Part shown: one piece after another, positions 31,642-35,194 of the stretch | Layout: each line of letters starts with the position of its first letter | How positions within the stretch are numbered: position 1 is the stretch's first letter | DNA from: a virus | Lineage: Duplodnaviria; Caudoviricetes | Virus record (IMG/VR): IMGVR_UViG_3300042564_001419 | Span: 1 to 35,194 of that record | Strand: one strand, 5' to 3' | DNA: 35,194 nucleotides | Program-made: the position numbers and the translations under genes | The notes under the pieces: generated by a model | Database searches by the model: none | What the model was told of the DNA's origin: nothing | Seen by the model: only the letters and a program-made list of their open reading frames with translations

Positions 31642-33222
31642 TCAGAAGCCGGCCAGCTCGTCCATGACGCCCCAGGCGGCCTGCTTGGCGCGCTTAGGCT
31701 TACGGACCTCGGCCGGGTAGGCGAACGTCAGCGCGAGGCTGTCGGCCATGTCGGGTGATGCGATGCCGCGCTTCTTGGCTTCCTTCTTGCTCTCGATCAG
31801 CAGCTCCTGGCCGCTGAAGCTGTAGCGCAAGCTAGTGAGCTGGCTGCCCAGGCTCGATGCCTTTGGGATGCTCACGCGGGTCTTGAGCCAGTCGCGCATT
31901 GCGCGCCACATGCGGGCACGCAGGTTGTAGTTCTGGCCATCGTCCAGACGCAGGCTTGAGTTGACGTCGACCACCAGATGGCCATAGACCTCGTTGCGGC
32001 GCAGGATGTCGGCCACGCCGGCACCCAGGCCGATCGTGTCCACGGCAATCTGTGCCGGCATCTCGGGCAGCCCCTTGATCCACTCGACCGCGCGGCCAGC
32101 GACGTCGACCACATCGCAGTGGCCGAACTCCTCCTGGCGATAGACCACCCGACCTTGGCGTGCGGTGAAGCAGCACTTGTCGTCGCCGAAGCGCGCGACG
32201 TCGATGCCGACCATGAGCGGGCCGATCGCCTCGATGTCGCCTGGGCCGAGCGCCTGCGCCTGGGTGACGGACTCGCCTGGAATCCAGCTGTCGGTGGTCG
32301 ATGCGTTGTAGTCGCGGTCCACCTCGGCCGCCACGACTACCTTTTCGAACTTGGCTTTCTGGGCCTCGTACCACGCAGCGTCCTTGCGCGGGTCATCGCG
32401 CCAGTCGAAGACGAAGACGCTGACCTTTCCGCTGTGCCGCTTGGTGTGGAAGACGTTGCCGGTGCCGTTCACCGTGCTGGCCCAGATCACGCAGTTGGTG
32501 GTCTGGCTCAGTGCCGCGTCGACGCCCTGCGCCCCGTCAAGGAATGCAGCCTCGTCGACCAGATACATGCCTGTCCGGTTGCCTCGGCCGATGTTGCCGC
32601 CAGCCTCGCCGATGCAGCTCGCCCCGTTCTCGGGGTTGGCTGTCGTCATGCGCGTGTTGTGGACGTTAGGCCTGAAGCCCTTCGGTCGCAGCTCGACAGG
32701 CAGCGTGCTGATAAAGCTGCGCAGCTTCCAGAAGAGGGACTTCGGGTCGGCCTCCCCGTTGTCCACATAGCTTTCTTTGCGTGATCCGATGCCGAACACG
32801 AAGCCGGGCTTGAACAGCCACAGCCACGCGGCCAGCGCCACGAAGACCCAGCTGATGCCCATGTCGCGGGACTTCTCTATCAGCCCGTGCTCACGATTGC
32901 GCCAGCAGCCAAGCGCCCACTCGACGCACTCGGCCTGCCGCTCAAACAGGATGAACGGCACGACTGCGGGCAGGTTGCGCTCGATCAGGCGCGGGTCAAA
33001 GGTGACGCCCCAGTCGCAGATGAAGTCGATCGGGCTGTCGGCGTAGAACTCCTTCAGCGCCTTGCTGTCCACCTCGCCGCTGCGGATGCGCTTGAGGTAG
33101 TCCAGGCGCTGCTGCCAGACCCGGTCGTAGTCGGGCTTCTTGTGGTCGAACCACTGCCACCGCTCCGGGATCAGGCTGCGCTTGGATTGGCCAGCGCGCT
33201 GCTCGAACGGGTTGCCGCTCAT
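31642..33222 (-). CDS. terL: Terminase large subunit (526 aa)
   Basis: Walker A-like KSRDMGISW, Walker B LVDEAAF, motif III ASTVNG, RNase H-like GIDVARFGDD, VDTIGLG and SPDMADSL. Confidence 0.95.
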   Translation of the reverse strand: MSGNPFEQRAGQSKRSLIPERWQWFDHKKPDYDRVWQQRLDYLKRIRSGEVDSKALKEFYADSPIDFICDWGVTFDPRLIERNLPAVVPFILFERQAECVEWALGCWRNREHGLIEKSRDMGISWVFVALAAWLWLFKPGFVFGIGSRKESYVDNGEADPKSLFWKLRSFISTLPVELRPKGFRPNVHNTRMTTANPENGASCIGEAGGNIGRGNRTGMYLVDEAAFLDGAQGVDAALSQTTNCVIWASTVNGTGNVFHTKRHSGKVSVFVFDWRDDPRKDAAWYEAQKAKFEKVVVAAEVDRDYNASTTDSWIPGESVTQAQALGPGDIEAIGPLMVGIDVARFGDDKCCFTARQGRVVYRQEEFGHCDVVDVAGRAVEWIKGLPEMPAQIAVDTIGLGAGVADILRRNEVYGHLVVDVNSSLRLDDGQNYNLRARMWRAMRDWLKTRVSIPKASSLGSQLTSLRYSFSGQELLIESKKEAKKRGIASPDMADSLALTFAYPAEVRKPKRAKQAAWGVMDELAGF

Positions 33223-33857
33223 CCCAGCATCGCCTTCAGGGCCTCTGCAGGCGTCTGCCCAGGCACCGCATGGTCTGTAGAAGGCGTGACCACGCCGTCG
33301 TCAGCGTCGCCACCTCGACCCTTGTCGCCATATTCCTTGGGCGCCAGATGCCCGGCCAGCTTCAGCCGGATCGTGCCCGACCAGCGGTAGTCGCCAACCC
33401 GGCGCGCGCTGTCTGCGTCGGCGATCACCTCGTCCACCATGTGGTGTGCCAGCTGCTCGCGGGCGAGGTTGTAGCGGGCGAGGCGGGTCGGCGTCGACGT
33501 CAGCGCCGCACGCAGGTGCGATGGCGACACGCTCAGGCCGAACAGCTCGGTGATCCACTCGGCGATCTTTGGCAGGGGCTCGCCGGCCATCATGCGGCCC
33601 AGCACCTGATCCAGATTGGTCTGCATGTCGTCGGTCAGCACATCGCGCACCGACCCGGCCGGAGTCAGCTCCAGCCAGAAGTTCAGCTTGCCGCGCGGGA
33701 ACGGCCGATCTGGGTCGTCCTTGCGCCACTCCGACATGCGGTCGACCCACCATGCATCGTCGCGGATCGTGGGCGCGACAGGGCCTGCAGGCTTCTTGAC
33801 CATCTTGGCCTTCACCTGCTCTGCTAGACCTCGTGCCCACGGTGCGCTCTTCGACAT
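33219..33857 (-). CDS. terS: Terminase small subunit (start uncertain)
   Basis: Sf6 gp1-like pattern (GEPLPKIA..YNLARE..DEVIADAD..LAPKEYGDK); ATGA-coupled to TerL. Confidence 0.8.
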   Translation of the reverse strand: MSKSAPWARGLAEQVKAKMVKKPAGPVAPTIRDDAWWVDRMSEWRKDDPDRPFPRGKLNFWLELTPAGSVRDVLTDDMQTNLDQVLGRMMAGEPLPKIAEWITELFGLSVSPSHLRAALTSTPTRLARYNLAREQLAHHMVDEVIADADSARRVGDYRWSGTIRLKLAGHLAPKEYGDKGRGGDADDGVVTPSTDHAVPGQTPAEALKAMLG

Positions 33858-33935
33858 GCCTTCTTGTGCTCGGTGTGAATGCGCCATCCGCCAGCCCTCC
33901 ACGGGAGACAAGCGCTTTGAGCTGGCGGCGGCGCA

Positions 33936-33965
33936 AACGAAAAAGCCACCCGGCTGGGTGGCTTT
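33936..33965 (-). terminator. Intrinsic terminator-like hairpin
   Basis: AAAGCCACCC-AGCC-GGGTGGCTTT followed by TTCGTTT. Confidence 0.78.
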
Positions 33966-33997
33966 GCTTGATTTGTGGGCGGAATGCCCCGAGCCGC

Positions 33998-34041
33998 ACT
34001 CTATAGACGACAGGCCTGGGCTGGTTTTCCGACTGCTGATG
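33998..34041 (-). promoter_or_regulatory. Putative late promoter, copy 1
   Basis: CATCAGcaGTCGG, with TAGAGT beginning 30 nt after the G of GTCG. Confidence 0.65.
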
Positions 34042-34552
34042 CGAGTGCCATGCTGGCTGCCAGGGTGAAGATGCTGCTTGCCGGCGCATGCTCGACCCAG
34101 CTCTTGCCCATGCAGATGTCATAGCACCGGCGCCAGGGCACGCCGGTCTCGATGCCGATCGCCTTATAGGTCAGGCCTTCAGCGCGCAGCGCTCGGATGC
34201 GCCGCGCCATGTCCATCGACCCGACCACAGTCGACAGCTCGCGGTTGCGCCTGGAGCTGGCCAGGGCTGCTGCTGTGCGCCTACCACCACCGGCCACGAT
34301 CCACTCGTTGACCTCGCTGGGCGACATGACCTTGAGGTGCGACAGACAGCGAGGGTTGCGGCAGGTTGGCACCACCTTGTCGCCGGGCCGCAGTCGCTTG
34401 CCTTGCTGCACCAACAGCCAGCGCCTGACGTTCACCAGCTTCAGCTCGATGGTTGCCACAGGCACGCCGCCACTGTTCATGGCTCGCGTCCACAGTAGGC
34501 AGTCGCCGTCTTCCTCGGTGCGCTTGGCGAGCCACTCGCCGAGGATGATCAT
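34001..34552 (-). CDS. Degenerate HNH-like protein with C-terminal HTH (183 aa)
   Basis: CLLWT..TCRNPRCLSHL skeleton lacking the usual His residues; HTH IRALRAEGLTYKAIGIETGV..ICMGKSW. Confidence 0.75.
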   Translation of the reverse strand: MIILGEWLAKRTEEDGDCLLWTRAMNSGGVPVATIELKLVNVRRWLLVQQGKRLRPGDKVVPTCRNPRCLSHLKVMSPSEVNEWIVAGGGRRTAAALASSRRNRELSTVVGSMDMARRIRALRAEGLTYKAIGIETGVPWRRCYDICMGKSWVEHAPASSIFTLAASMALASAVGKPAQACRL

Positions 34553-34767
34553 TGTGATGTCTCCAGCGCCTCGACGATCTCCTCCAGCTCCTCAATGCGA
34601 CTGCTCTGCATGCTGATGATGCTTTCGCTCTTCTTGTCGGCCAAGACATGCACCGCCACCACGCCGACGACGCCGGCAATCATGCCCCAGGATGCTGGCA
34701 CCCCAAGCACCCACAGGTGCGCCATCAGGGCCAGCACCGCAACCGTTACTGCGTAATGAGTTCTCAC
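34549..34767 (-). CDS. Small two-TM membrane protein (72 aa)
   Basis: GTG start with GGAGA RBS; two hydrophobic segments and a charged tail. Confidence 0.7.
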   Translation of the reverse strand: MRTHYAVTVAVLALMAHLWVLGVPASWGMIAGVVGVVAVHVLADKKSESIISMQSSRIEELEEIVEALETSQ

Positions 34768-34779
34768 CTGTGTCTCCAG

Positions 34780-35046
34780 TTAATTCTGACCTGCCTGCGC
34801 AGAGGCGCGGCCAGCCTTGAAGCCGCCATTGAATGCGCCGCCAACATCCGGGACGATGGCGCACTCGTCGCACTCTTTCAGGTAGGCGCGAAACGCCCCG
34901 CGCTCATCCTCGACGGGCTGCTTGTCGGCTTCGTGGGCGGCGAGGGCTTCGTCGCACGCTTCTGTGTCGGCTGATGGGTTTAGCATCAGCAATTGGCCGC
35001 GAATGGACAAGAGTTGCTGCGCCAGCTTCTCGGTGGTTGTGGTCAT
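34780..35046 (-). CDS. Hypothetical phage protein (88 aa)
   Basis: AAGGAG RBS; ATGA overlap with the upstream gene. Confidence 0.78.
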   Translation of the reverse strand: MTTTTEKLAQQLLSIRGQLLMLNPSADTEACDEALAAHEADKQPVEDERGAFRAYLKECDECAIVPDVGGAFNGGFKAGRASAQAGQN

Positions 35047-35194
35047 CGTGCTTGCTCCTTGTCCAGATTCACGCCCCAGGACACGCCCATGAGACGTGCA
35101 GCGGCCACATACCCAGCGCGTGCCGCGTTCTTGGTGTTCGTCGGCCAGTTGTACTCAGCCAGCACGGAATCCATCATTGCGCTGGCCTCGGGTG
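35043..35194 (-). CDS. 3' end of a hypothetical protein (partial)
   Basis: Open frame ..PEASAMMDSVLAEYNWPTNTKNAARAGY..DKEQAR* ends at the ATGA overlap. Confidence 0.6.
   Translation of the reverse strand, partial: PEASAMMDSVLAEYNWPTNTKNAARAGYVAAARLMGVSWGVNLDKEQAR

Larger units (their letters stand above)
1..35194 (-). mobile_element. Tailed phage/prophage late region, podovirus-like (no tape measure or sheath; ejection proteins present)
   Basis: Co-oriented TerS, TerL, portal, scaffold, MCP, adaptor, nozzle, fibres, GNAT and ejection genes with many overlapping stop/start codons. No host genes or attachment sites are visible. Confidence 0.95.

Noticed and set aside
33860-34000. tRNA or known ncRNA in the terS upstream region
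   Set aside because: No cloverleaf, T-loop or CCA pattern is present, only hairpins.

Overview
This window is the late (morphogenesis) region of a high-GC tailed phage or prophage with podovirus-like organisation, transcribed entirely on the minus strand. Read from the right end, it holds small hypothetical genes, a degenerate HNH/HTH gene, TerS and TerL, and a five-gene module ending in a double LamG-like protein. It continues with portal, a multidomain fibre, scaffold, an N4-gp56-family major capsid protein, a decoration protein, adaptor and tail nozzle. Next come a BNR-repeat receptor-binding module, a holin-like gene, and the ejection/internal virion genes with a GNAT. It ends in a giant ORF (>3,240 aa, 9743 to beyond position 1) that the ORF track omits because no stop codon falls in the window. 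My hand translation shows a polyvalent protein with two ParB-like domains, an HExxH metallopeptidase, an HhH-glycosylase-like domain, a second zincin-like domain and ART-PolyVal. The most notable observations are: (1) a class 3 LAGLIDADG intein at a non-P-loop GK|T site in the giant protein; (2) an out-of-frame nested gene with a strong RBS inside it; (3) repeated IDFSD junctions between its domains; (4) four copies of a 44-bp bipartite promoter motif with invariant spacing ahead of four late gene blocks; (5) a GIM tripeptide enriched across the ejection proteins; (6) a tandem lectin cassette with near-identical borders and divergent cores. All family assignments come from motif recognition by eye, not database searches.
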